NCBI GenBank assembly: GCA_013378385.1
Contig: JACAFS010000025.1
Location: 1 to 14,993 of the forward strand
Length of the DNA stretch: 14,993 nucleotides
Direction: 5' to 3'
Source: Nitrososphaerota archaeon
GTDB taxonomy: Archaea > Thermoproteota > Nitrososphaeria > Nitrososphaerales > UBA57
Each line of letters opens with the position of its first letter. The stretch's first letter is position 1. The position numbers and the translations under genes are program-made. The notes under the pieces were generated by a model. The model was not told the origin of the DNA. It searched no databases and was given only the letters and a program-made list of their open reading frames with translations. Positions 1 to 7,765 of the stretch are shown piece after piece.

Positions 1-120
1 GAACCAGAACCTGTTGTTGAACCAGAACCTGTTGTTGAACCAGAACCTGTTGTTGAACCAGAACCTGTTGTTGAACCAGAACCTGTTGTTGAACCAGAAC
101 CTGTTGTTGAACCAGAACCA
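1..120 (+). repeat. Perfect in-frame 18-bp tandem repeat GAACCAGAACCTGTTGTT, six full copies (1-108) plus a 12-bp partial/variant unit GAACCAGAACCA (109-120). It encodes (EPEPVV)n and runs off the 5' window edge.
   Basis: Direct reading: units at 1-18, 19-36, 37-54, 55-72, 73-90 and 91-108 are identical at every base. The unit length is a multiple of 3 and lies in the grpE reading frame. Confidence 0.95.
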
Positions 121-579
121 ACTACTGACGAACAATCTATATTACTTACAAAATATCAATATCTTCTAGCTGATTTTGACAACTATCGTAAACAAAAGGA
201 CAAAGAACATGAAAATCTATCTAAATTTGGTAATAGAAAAATTATTGAATACTTAATCGACATATACGAAGACTTGAAACGCATAATTGATAATTCAGAT
301 TCCAATGATTCTTCTTCAAAGGTATTACCTTTAATTATTAAAAATATTGAATCTATGTTCAAAGAACAATCTGTAGAAATTATTAATTCTGTAGGCAATC
401 CTTTCGATCCAAATCTTCATGAGGCTATTGCATACACCGAAAATCCTGACATTGACGACAATGTAATTATTTCAGAAACTCAAAGTGGGTATAAAATCCA
501 TGGACAAGTTTTGAGACCTTCTAAAGTAAATGTATGTAAAAACAAATCTGTCAGTAGTGGAGTTGATATAAATGAGTAA
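1..579 (+). CDS. grpE: GrpE nucleotide-exchange factor for DnaK, 5'-partial (continues upstream of the window)
   Basis: Frame 1 is open from nt 1 to the TAA at 577-579. The translation reads (EPEPVV)6[37 protein letters not shown]...[11 protein letters not shown]..., which includes the GrpE-type LADFDNYRK helix motif. The gene sits directly upstream of dnaK and overlaps it by 8 nt. The Met at 274 in the ORF track is internal. Confidence 0.9.
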   Translation, partial: EPEPVVEPEPVVEPEPVVEPEPVVEPEPVVEPEPVVEPEPTTDEQSILLTKYQYLLADFDNYRKQKDKEHENLSKFGNRKIIEYLIDIYEDLKRIIDNSDSNDSSSKVLPLIIKNIESMFKEQSVEIINSVGNPFDPNLHEAIAYTENPDIDDNVIISETQSGYKIHGQVLRPSKVNVCKNKSVSSGVDINE

Positions 580-2455
580 AATTATTGGAATCGATTTAGG
601 GACAAGTAATTCAGCTGCCGCTGTAATGATTGGAGGCAAACCATCCTTAATTCCTAGCGCTGAAGGCACTAGTGTTGGCGGTAAATCCTTTCCATCTTAT
701 ATTGCTTTCACAAAAGATGGCCAACGTCTAGTTGGAGAACCTGCTCGAAGACAAGCTGTAACAAATCCTGAAGGAACTGTTCAAAAAATTAAACGGAAAA
801 TGGGAGAATCATATAAAGTTCATATTAATGGTAACGATTATACTCCTGAACAACTTTCTGCCTTTATTCTCCAGAAAATTAAAACTGACGCCGAAGCATT
901 TCTTGGCGAGAAAGTAGAAAAAGCCGTGGTCACCGTTCCTGCGTATTTTAATGATAATCAAAGACAAGCAACTAAAGACGCTGGTTCTATTGCCGGTCTA
1001 GATGTTGTTCGTATTATCAACGAACCCACTGCTGCTGCTCTAGCATACGGTCTCGATAAAGATGCTTCTGATCAGAAAATCTTAGTTTTTGATCTTGGTG
1101 GAGGAACTCTTGATGTTACTGTTATGGAATTCGGCGATAGTGTATTCGAGGTAAAAAGCACAAGCGGAGACACTCAATTAGGCGGTACTGATATGGACCA
1201 AGTTATTCTGGATTATCTTGTTGACACATTTGTTCAAAGAACATCAATTGATTTACGTAATGATTCTAAGGCAATGCAAAGACTTAGAGAAGGTGCAGAA
1301 AAGGCAAAAATTGAATTATCAACTGTTTTAACTACTGATATTAACCTTCCATTTATTGCTCAGGATTCTGAAAAAAACCCACTTCATTTTGAAACTTCAT
1401 TAACGCGTGCTAAACTTGAAGATCTTATTTCTGTGGTTCTCAACAAATGTGAAGCACCTATTAAACAAGCTATAGAAGATTCAAAACTTTCAGTTTCTGG
1501 TATTGATAAGGTAATTCTTGTTGGCGGTCCAACTCGTATGCCTTCTGTTCAAGAATTTGTTAAAAAAATTGTTGGTAAAGGATTAGAACGCGGCGTTGAT
1601 CCTATGGAATGTGTTGCCGCGGGCGCTGCAATTCAGGGAGCAGTACTTGCAGGAGAGACTTCTGATATCTTGCTTTTGGATGTTACACCTCTTTCTCTTG
1701 GTGTAGAAGTTCAAGGCGGTATTTGCAATCGTATGATTGAACGTAATACTACTATCCCTACAAAGAAAAGTCAAGTTTATTCTACAGCTATTGACAATCA
1801 ACCTGCTGTTACCATACACATTCTTCAAGGAGAGAGAGAAATGGCTTCTGATAATAAGTCACTTGGACAGTTTAATCTTGATGGAATTCCTCCAGCACCT
1901 CGTGGTATTCCCAAAATAGAAGTTACTTTTGATATTGACGCAAATGGTATAATTAATGTATCTGCAAAAGATCAGGCTACAAATAAAGAGCAAAACATTA
2001 CTGTTACTGGTTCTAGTAAATTATCTGATACCGATAAAGAAAGAATGATTAAAGACGCTGAACAATTTGCAGAACAAGACAAAACCAGAAAAGACGAAGC
2101 TGAATTAACCAACAAGGCAGATTCTTTGATATACACTGCAGAAAGAACTAAGACCGATCTTAAAGATAAAATTACTGAAGACCAAATCTCTCAAATTGAT
2201 AACTTATCTTCCCAATTGAAGTCTTCCCTTGAATCTAAAGATCAACCTTCAATTCGTGATAATTCTGATAAATTAAGCAATCTTTTACAAGAAATTGGTT
2301 CCTCTGTATACCAGCAATCTGCACAACCCGATCCAGATCAGACATCTTCTGCTCCAAATTCATCTGCGGAAACTAATTCTTCTGAAACACAGGAAAAAGT
2401 TGTCGATGGGGAATATAAAGAAGTCGATGATAATCCTTCAAATGATGCTAAATGA
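572..2455 (+). CDS. dnaK: Hsp70 chaperone DnaK
   Basis: 627 aa with Hsp70 signatures [34 protein letters not shown] and [11 protein letters not shown], plus a substrate-binding domain and an acidic/Ser-rich C-terminal tail. Confidence 0.98.
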   Translation: MSKIIGIDLGTSNSAAAVMIGGKPSLIPSAEGTSVGGKSFPSYIAFTKDGQRLVGEPARRQAVTNPEGTVQKIKRKMGESYKVHINGNDYTPEQLSAFILQKIKTDAEAFLGEKVEKAVVTVPAYFNDNQRQATKDAGSIAGLDVVRIINEPTAAALAYGLDKDASDQKILVFDLGGGTLDVTVMEFGDSVFEVKSTSGDTQLGGTDMDQVILDYLVDTFVQRTSIDLRNDSKAMQRLREGAEKAKIELSTVLTTDINLPFIAQDSEKNPLHFETSLTRAKLEDLISVVLNKCEAPIKQAIEDSKLSVSGIDKVILVGGPTRMPSVQEFVKKIVGKGLERGVDPMECVAAGAAIQGAVLAGETSDILLLDVTPLSLGVEVQGGICNRMIERNTTIPTKKSQVYSTAIDNQPAVTIHILQGEREMASDNKSLGQFNLDGIPPAPRGIPKIEVTFDIDANGIINVSAKDQATNKEQNITVTGSSKLSDTDKERMIKDAEQFAEQDKTRKDEAELTNKADSLIYTAERTKTDLKDKITEDQISQIDNLSSQLKSSLESKDQPSIRDNSDKLSNLLQEIGSSVYQQSAQPDPDQTSSAPNSSAETNSSETQEKVVDGEYKEVDDNPSNDAK

Positions 2456-3567
2456 GCACTACTAATGATTATTACGATATTTTAGGTATCTCTAAAACCA
2501 CTAACGAAAAAGACCTTAAAAAAGCATATAGAAAATTAGCTCTGAAATATCATCCTGATCGTAACAAGTCTAAAGACGCCGAAGATAAATTCAAAGAGAT
2601 TTCTACTGCTTATGCTGTTCTTTCTAATCCTGAAAAACGTAAAATCTACGACCAATATGGACATGCTGGTATTGATGGTCAATTTAACCAAGAAGATATA
2701 TTTCGTTCTACTGATTTTGCAGATATACTTCGTGGTGTCGGGGGAATGGGATCCGGTGGATTTGGAAGTATCTTTGATTCATTCTTTGGTTCATCAACCT
2801 CTCGTGACCCATCTAGAGGTCAAGACCTTCGATATGATATAGAATTAACTCTAGAACAAGCTTTCAAAGGAGAAAAAATGAATATCACTATTCCTCGTCA
2901 TGTAAAATGTCAATACTGTATTGGTTCAGGTGCAGAAAAAGGAACTTCTCCCATTAATTGTTCTGATTGCGGTGGTAGGGGTCAAGTCCAAGTTACACGT
3001 TCTGCAGGTTTTGCACGTTTTGTAAGTGTTCAAAATTGTTCTACTTGTCAAGGACGCGGACAAATCATTAAAAAACCCTGTAAAAAATGCAACAGTCTTG
3101 GAATAATGGAAAAAAAACAAACAATTGAATTAAATATTCCATCTGGAGTAGATGAAGGTTCTAGGATTCGTTTACGTGGTTCTGGAGACATAACTTCTGG
3201 AACAGGACAACCTGGAGATCTCTTTGTTGTTACCCATATGAAATCACATGACTCATTTGTTCGTGATAATGAGAATCTAATTTATGAAACTGACGTTGAT
3301 TATCCGATTGCTGTACTTGGTGGCGATATCCTCGTTCCTACTCTTAATAAAAATGCTAAACTAAAAATTCCTTCTGGTACACAAAATAATACAATTTTTA
3401 AATTAAAAGGAAAAGGATTTCCTAGAATTAATGGATTTGGAACAGGCGACTTGTTAGTAAGAATAAATGTCAAAATTCCAAAAAAAATTAATTCCAAAGA
3501 AAGAAAATTAATAGAAGAACTGTCATCTGAATTTGGCAGTGATATATCTAAAAGAAAATTCTTTTAA
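2452..3567 (+). CDS. dnaJ: Type I Hsp40 co-chaperone DnaJ
   Basis: J domain with HPD (KYHPDRN), a Gly/Phe-rich linker, and four CxxCxGxG zinc-finger repeats ([32 protein letters not shown]). Its start overlaps the dnaK stop in an ATGA. Confidence 0.97.
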   Translation: MSTTNDYYDILGISKTTNEKDLKKAYRKLALKYHPDRNKSKDAEDKFKEISTAYAVLSNPEKRKIYDQYGHAGIDGQFNQEDIFRSTDFADILRGVGGMGSGGFGSIFDSFFGSSTSRDPSRGQDLRYDIELTLEQAFKGEKMNITIPRHVKCQYCIGSGAEKGTSPINCSDCGGRGQVQVTRSAGFARFVSVQNCSTCQGRGQIIKKPCKKCNSLGIMEKKQTIELNIPSGVDEGSRIRLRGSGDITSGTGQPGDLFVVTHMKSHDSFVRDNENLIYETDVDYPIAVLGGDILVPTLNKNAKLKIPSGTQNNTIFKLKGKGFPRINGFGTGDLLVRINVKIPKKINSKERKLIEELSSEFGSDISKRKFF

Positions 3568-3570
3568 CTT

Positions 3571-3969
3571 TTATCTTATTCTAACTATCTTTGTTTTTCC
3601 TAGTACTTTCCAGTATTCTACTTCACCACCTTCAATTAATTTATTATTAATTTCCTCGTCATCAGGAGGTGGAGAATCAAATGTCTCAAATGTTTCCATA
3701 TCCATAAGCTGAATTATTCCTTGTTCTTTATTTATAGAAATTACCTGTCCTGTTTGTTTTTCAATCATAGGTATTTCTATTCCTGCTGAAACAGGAGAAA
3801 CTAGACTGTGTTTAGATCCATCAAATACCCCTGTTGCTACAACTCGTGCCTTTGCAGAACCATGTTTGCCTGGTTTAGATTTATCATATTCTATTATTCT
3901 ACAAGGTTCTCCATCGATGATGATATACGAACCAATTTTCACGTCGCTTAGAGAGGCAGGTTTACTCAT
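3571..3969 (-). CDS. eif5a: Translation initiation factor 5A (aIF5A), hypusine-containing
   Basis: SKPGKHGSAKARV hypusine-site motif plus a C-terminal OB-fold-like region. The start is ambiguous. The ORF track begins at a TTG (3984), and in-frame ATGs lie at 3978 and 3969 (MSKPASLSD...). I chose 3969 because it fits the TATA-like element at 3996-4003 best. Confidence 0.9.
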   Translation of the reverse strand: MSKPASLSDVKIGSYIIIDGEPCRIIEYDKSKPGKHGSAKARVVATGVFDGSKHSLVSPVSAGIEIPMIEKQTGQVISINKEQGIIQLMDMETFETFDSPPPDDEEINNKLIEGGEVEYWKVLGKTKIVRIR

Positions 3970-3995
3970 ATCTAACATGCTCAATAATAGACAAG

Positions 3996-4003
3996 ATATA
4001 TAA
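3996..4003. promoter_or_regulatory. Near-palindromic TATA-like element (ATATATAA) in the short divergent spacer between aIF5A and NAD kinase. It may serve both directions.
   Basis: Its centre lies about 25 nt upstream of the ATG at 4024 (plus strand) and about 30 nt upstream of the ATG at 3969 (minus strand). This matches the usual archaeal TATA-to-start spacing for leaderless or short-leader mRNAs. Motif-level evidence only. Confidence 0.3.
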
Positions 4004-4023
4004 CAATTCTCACTAAAATATAG

Positions 4024-4848
4024 ATGATATACTTGAAATCAACAAAGATTAACTCTTTTGGAATTGCCTCTAAAGACTCTGATATCAATGCTAAGAAAGC
4101 CGCATTAAATATAGCAAAAACTCTTCAAAAAGCCGGATTTAATATTAAAATTATTTCACCACTAGTCTCTTCTTCTTATCCCGTAATTTCTCTTACTGAT
4201 GATAACTTGGATGTAGATTGTATTATCTCAGTTGGCGGAGATGGAACAATTCTTAAAACTGCTCGACAATTAAAAAAACAAATTCCAATTCTTGGAATCC
4301 ACAAGGGAGGTAAGGGAATCTTGACCGAATTAAAACATAATGAAATCCCAATGCTGATTGAACAAATCAATAATAATAATTATGTTCTTGATAAGAGAAA
4401 ACGTATATCGGTTTCTTCAAAGTCTCATTCTCCTGTTAACTCCCTCAATGAAGTATACATTGAAAGATCTGAAAAACTTCGTGCCATCACTTATGAAGTA
4501 CACCTTCCCTCTACTGTTATTAAAAATCGTATGGATGGATTGATTGTCTCAACTCCTACTGGTTCTACTGGACATTCTCTATCTCTAGGTTCTTCAATGC
4601 TTAGTGAAGACCTCTCTGCTCTTCTGATTACACCTATTGCACCAATCTCCAGAATCCCTCCTATTGCAATACCTGTTTCTAATTTCTCCTTAATTGCACA
4701 TGGTCAGACAAAAGTTATAATTGATGGACAAATAGAATTCATCGTTCCAGCGCTGGAAAAGATAATTATTAATACAAAAATTCCTGATACTATGTTTATT
4801 AGATTCTCAGATTCTACTTTAAGGCAGTTAACTAGTCTTGGATTCTAA
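4024..4848 (+). CDS. nadK: NAD kinase
   Basis: VGGDGTILKTAR (GGDGT motif), NEVYIER, and DGLIVSTPTGSTGHSLSLG, which corresponds to the conserved TPTGSTAY-type segment. Confidence 0.9.
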   Translation: MIYLKSTKINSFGIASKDSDINAKKAALNIAKTLQKAGFNIKIISPLVSSSYPVISLTDDNLDVDCIISVGGDGTILKTARQLKKQIPILGIHKGGKGILTELKHNEIPMLIEQINNNNYVLDKRKRISVSSKSHSPVNSLNEVYIERSEKLRAITYEVHLPSTVIKNRMDGLIVSTPTGSTGHSLSLGSSMLSEDLSALLITPIAPISRIPPIAIPVSNFSLIAHGQTKVIIDGQIEFIVPALEKIIINTKIPDTMFIRFSDSTLRQLTSLGF

Positions 4849-5344
4849 AATTATTATTGATTCTACTGCATTTTATGCAGGTCTTCCCTTTAGATCTCTA
4901 GATAAGTATTATACTACTCCTCATATTGCCGACGAACTTCAGCGCATTCCTTTCTTTAATAATCGAATCGAAACTCTTCTTAATTCTAATCGCCTTCAAA
5001 TTATCGATCCTAGTTCTATTTCTCTTCAATCTATCCTCAAAAACTCTCTTAATATTGAGAATAAGAAATCTTTGTCTGACGCCGACATCTCGATTCTTGC
5101 CTTGGCAAAAGATTTTATCTCTGAAGATTATTCAGTGATAGTTCTTACGGATGATTTTGCCATCCAAAATGTAGCTAAAAAACTTGGAATATCATATAAA
5201 CCGTTGATATATAATGGCATCAAATATTCTGGACAATGGATTAATTACTGTTCTGGCTGTAATAGTGTATATCAGTCTACAGATGATGTCTGTAAAAATT
5301 GCGGAAATCCTTTAAAACGTAAACTTCAACGTAGACATCCTTAA
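4838..5344 (+). CDS. nob1: Nob1-like PIN-domain endonuclease with C-terminal zinc ribbon (the enzyme class that processes the 16S/18S rRNA 3' end)
   Basis: N-terminal PIN acidic residues (IIIDSTAF, ADELQ, LSDADISILALA, VLTDDFAIQNVA) followed by CSGC-x10-CKNC. The TTG start at 4838 overlaps the NAD kinase stop by 11 nt. No in-frame ATG precedes the first conserved Asp. Confidence 0.8.
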   Translation: MDSKIIIDSTAFYAGLPFRSLDKYYTTPHIADELQRIPFFNNRIETLLNSNRLQIIDPSSISLQSILKNSLNIENKKSLSDADISILALAKDFISEDYSVIVLTDDFAIQNVAKKLGISYKPLIYNGIKYSGQWINYCSGCNSVYQSTDDVCKNCGNPLKRKLQRRHP

Positions 5345-5370
5345 GAATATTCAAATTATAACATTATTTG

Positions 5371-6096
5371 ATGACTGATCCATTAGCTCTAGTTGGCTTA
5401 GTAATTATTTTAGGCATTATTCCAACTTTTATAGGAATATTTTTCCGCGTTTTAAATAATCGCAACGACATTACAAAATCTGCTCTAAATAATATCTCTC
5501 TTGGAATCATGTTTGCTTTATTTATAGATTTTATTGTTAATTCATCACAGTTGGGCATTAATCTAGGTCTAAATATATATTCTATTACTCTTTTACTTTG
5601 TTTCATCTTTGGCTTTGTATTTATATTCTTTTTATCATCTCTTAATTTCAAATTTTCACACGTAAGTGTGTTATTACTGGCTGTCAGCTTTTCATTTCAC
5701 AGTTTTGCAGAGGGAATAATCATTGGATATGATATTAATAATCTTGGCATATCTCTTTCTCTTCCTCGAGGCATACAAACAACATCCTTTGTTATTCATA
5801 AATTGGCGGAAGGTTTTATCATTCCATTATTTTATAGTCTTTCATTAAGTTCTATAGTTATATTTACGTTGATCAGTAGTTTCCCAATCATTTTAGGATC
5901 AATCTTTGGGTTATATGGCTTACCTGGTATTCTGAGCTCTATTTTCTTTGCAATGAGTTCTGGCGCACTCTTTTTCTTTATAGTAGATTTTATTAAAAAT
6001 GATAATCTAATTGCGACTAGAAAAATATACGACATTCTTTTTATTTTATCCGGATTTGTGTTAATTTATATGGCCGGACTTCTCCATTCAATATAA
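5371..6096 (+). CDS. ZIP (ZupT-like) family divalent-metal permease, multi-pass membrane protein
   Basis: Highly hydrophobic, about 8 predicted TM segments, with two H-x-x-x-E-G motifs (HSFAEG and HKLAEG) resembling the paired HNxPEG motifs of ZIP TM4/TM5. The ATG at 5371 is preferred over the track's TTG at 5368. Confidence 0.6.
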   Translation: MTDPLALVGLVIILGIIPTFIGIFFRVLNNRNDITKSALNNISLGIMFALFIDFIVNSSQLGINLGLNIYSITLLLCFIFGFVFIFFLSSLNFKFSHVSVLLLAVSFSFHSFAEGIIIGYDINNLGISLSLPRGIQTTSFVIHKLAEGFIIPLFYSLSLSSIVIFTLISSFPIILGSIFGLYGLPGILSSIFFAMSSGALFFFIVDFIKNDNLIATRKIYDILFILSGFVLIYMAGLLHSI

Positions 6097-6468
6097 ATGA
6101 AATTCTCATATCAAAAAGAATTATTATTGTCTTTAGTTATTCTTGGATTCTTTGTTTTAATACAGTTTCTTCCAGAATACCAACAAGATTCTGACGAAGT
6201 TGTATTTGAAATGACAACTAAACAGTGGGAATTTGAACCTAATCAAATCATCGTTCAACAGGGCCAAACGGTAGTTATTAGACTTGTCAGCACTGACGTC
6301 CCTCATGGTTTTGCTATTGACGAATACAATATCTATACATTCGTCCCTCCAGGTCAAACTGTAGATATTTCATTTATAGCCAAAGATCAGGGCGTATTTG
6401 AAATCTTTTGTAATATATTCTGTGGCGAAGGCCACTCTACTCATCGCGGACAATTAATTGTACGTTAA
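6097..6468 (+). CDS. Membrane-anchored cupredoxin-fold protein with a CoxII-like (CuA-type) ligand pattern
   Basis: N-terminal hydrophobic anchor (LLLSLVILGFFVLIQFL), then STDVPHGF...PPGQ...FCNIFCGEGHSTH. The pattern is H70-x34-C105-x3-C109-x3-H113-x2-H116, which has the same spacing as the CuA consensus H-x34-C-x3-C-x3-H-x2-M. The start codon follows the ZIP stop codon directly. Confidence 0.75.
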   Translation: MKFSYQKELLLSLVILGFFVLIQFLPEYQQDSDEVVFEMTTKQWEFEPNQIIVQQGQTVVIRLVSTDVPHGFAIDEYNIYTFVPPGQTVDISFIAKDQGVFEIFCNIFCGEGHSTHRGQLIVR

Positions 6469-6477
6469 TTCTCTATC

Positions 6478-7302
6478 ATGAATGATGATTCATTCTCCAT
6501 TAAAGACATATTCCCAATAATTCTCTTTATCCTTACTGTTCAAATTACTTCTTTATTTCTTACAAATAATTTTCTTAATTTATATCAAATTCTTCCGTCA
6601 TACCAACCTGCAGGCAACAATACCACCGGTTCAATTTTAAATTCAATTATTCTTATCTTACCGACATTTATTATTACATCAGTAATTTTATTGCTTATAC
6701 GACGTAAACTCTTTCTACTCCTGAAATCTTTACTTATCTTAGCAATCAGTGCAGGTACCTTTTCAGTAAGTTATATTATTCTTACTATCGCATTTGATTC
6801 TGTATTTTCAAGCATCTTCATCTTTATTTTTTCTATATTACTTTGCTCTGTTCCTGTTCTAGCATTAACTATTATTAAATCAAATAAATTTCAATTACTC
6901 TCTTCCTTTATTCTAAGTTCCTTATATGGAACTATGTTTGCAGTATTTCTTAAACCACCTACTATAATCGTTATTCCAATTGCGTTCGCACTTTATGATA
7001 TTTATGCTGTATTTCGAGGCCCTCTAAAATCCATTGTTAATTCATCTGACGATTCACTCGATCTTCGTCCATTGTTCGTTAGTCTTGGTCGTTTTAATAT
7101 TGGAACAGGCGATCTAATTTTTTATTCTATGATTCCTTCGTCAGTATTTTTGTTAATTGGTTTACCATTTGCTTTTTTAAGTTTGTTTCTTATTCACATT
7201 GGTATAATCCTAACTTTGTATTGTCTAAAACGTTTTGAAATATTTCCAGGTTTGCCAATTCCTGTTTTTCTATCTCTTATTCCTTATCTATTATTCTATT
7301 GA
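6478..7302 (+). CDS. Presenilin / signal-peptide-peptidase homologue (GxGD intramembrane aspartyl protease, family A22)
   Basis: Polytopic membrane protein with YD (Y173-D174, nt 6994-6999), GTGD (G209-D212, D codon at 7111-7113) and a C-terminal PGL (P257-L259) at the position of the PAL motif. Confidence 0.8.
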   Translation: MNDDSFSIKDIFPIILFILTVQITSLFLTNNFLNLYQILPSYQPAGNNTTGSILNSIILILPTFIITSVILLLIRRKLFLLLKSLLILAISAGTFSVSYIILTIAFDSVFSSIFIFIFSILLCSVPVLALTIIKSNKFQLLSSFILSSLYGTMFAVFLKPPTIIVIPIAFALYDIYAVFRGPLKSIVNSSDDSLDLRPLFVSLGRFNIGTGDLIFYSMIPSSVFLLIGLPFAFLSLFLIHIGIILTLYCLKRFEIFPGLPIPVFLSLIPYLLFY

Positions 7303-7317
7303 AAATTTCATCGGAAA

Positions 7318-7325
7318 CTTTATAA
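7318..7325 (+). promoter_or_regulatory. TATA-box-like element TTTATAAA with A-rich upstream flank (GGAAAC)
   Basis: Lies in the 59-nt gap upstream of the ATG at 7362. The predicted start site about 25 nt downstream would leave a short leader. Motif-level evidence only. Confidence 0.3.
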
Positions 7326-7361
7326 AATAAATTTGTAGTTCTTCTAGTAGTGAAAATCTGA

Positions 7362-7757
7362 ATGAGCCTTAAATTACCGGAAAAAATATGTAAATTAATT
7401 GATGATAAAAACTTGGCGCATTTTGCCACTCTAAAAAAAGACGGCAGTCCTCACGTTGCGCCTGTCTGGATTGATAGAGATGGAGATATCATTCTAATTA
7501 ATACCGTTTCCTCTCGTCTTAAGTATAAAAATGTGCAAAATGACAAACGTGTTTCTTTGAGTATTACTGATTACAAAGATCCATTCACGTGGGCTTCTAT
7601 TATTGGAGAAGTCATAGAACTTTCCAACGTTGACGCTGAAACTCATATAGATAAAATGTCTCAAAAATATCTAGGAATACCCAAATTTCCTCGAAAAAAT
7701 CCTACCGAACCACGAAAAATTATTAAGATTATTCCTATAATTGCTAAACATAGTTAG
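7362..7757 (+). CDS. Pyridoxamine 5'-phosphate oxidase (PPOX) family split-barrel flavin/F420-binding protein
   Basis: 131 aa. LAHFATLKKDGSPHVAPVWIDRDGDIILINT...RVSLSITD...ASIIGEV matches the typical N-terminal pattern of small PPOX-class proteins. Confidence 0.7.
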   Translation: MSLKLPEKICKLIDDKNLAHFATLKKDGSPHVAPVWIDRDGDIILINTVSSRLKYKNVQNDKRVSLSITDYKDPFTWASIIGEVIELSNVDAETHIDKMSQKYLGIPKFPRKNPTEPRKIIKIIPIIAKHS

Positions 7758-7765
7758 ATTACACT

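Noticed and set aside
1-120. Tandem 18-bp repeats considered as a CRISPR array or non-coding satellite
   Set aside because: There are no spacers between units. The units are contiguous and in frame and continue directly into a GrpE reading frame, so this is a coding minisatellite.
183-669. Minus-strand ORFs of 71 aa and 65 aa overlapping grpE and the dnaK start
   Set aside because: They are antisense to confidently identified chaperone genes, have no recognisable motifs and show implausible composition.
1583-1919. 81-aa minus-strand and 60-aa plus-strand (off-frame) ORFs inside dnaK
   Set aside because: They are shadow or off-frame ORFs within the highly conserved DnaK substrate-binding-domain coding region.
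3109-3116. A8 homopolymer in dnaJ (and an A7 run in dnaK near 1371) as a possible programmed-frameshift or phase-variation site
   Set aside because: Reading frames are intact through both runs and encode sensible conserved protein (MEKKQTIEL). No alternative-frame ORF continues from them. Such runs are expected by chance in an AT-rich genome.
3978-3984. ORF-track 5' extensions starting at TTG (3984 on the minus strand, and likewise 5368 and 10367 on the plus strand)
   Set aside because: In each case an ATG follows within 1-5 codons and fits the upstream AT box better. The extensions add no conserved residues.
5345-5370. AAATTATAA box upstream of the ZIP-like gene as its promoter
   Set aside because: It is centred only about 14 nt from the ATG at 5371, too close for standard archaeal TATA-to-start spacing. 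The gene may instead be read through from nadK-nob1, and I cannot decide from sequence.
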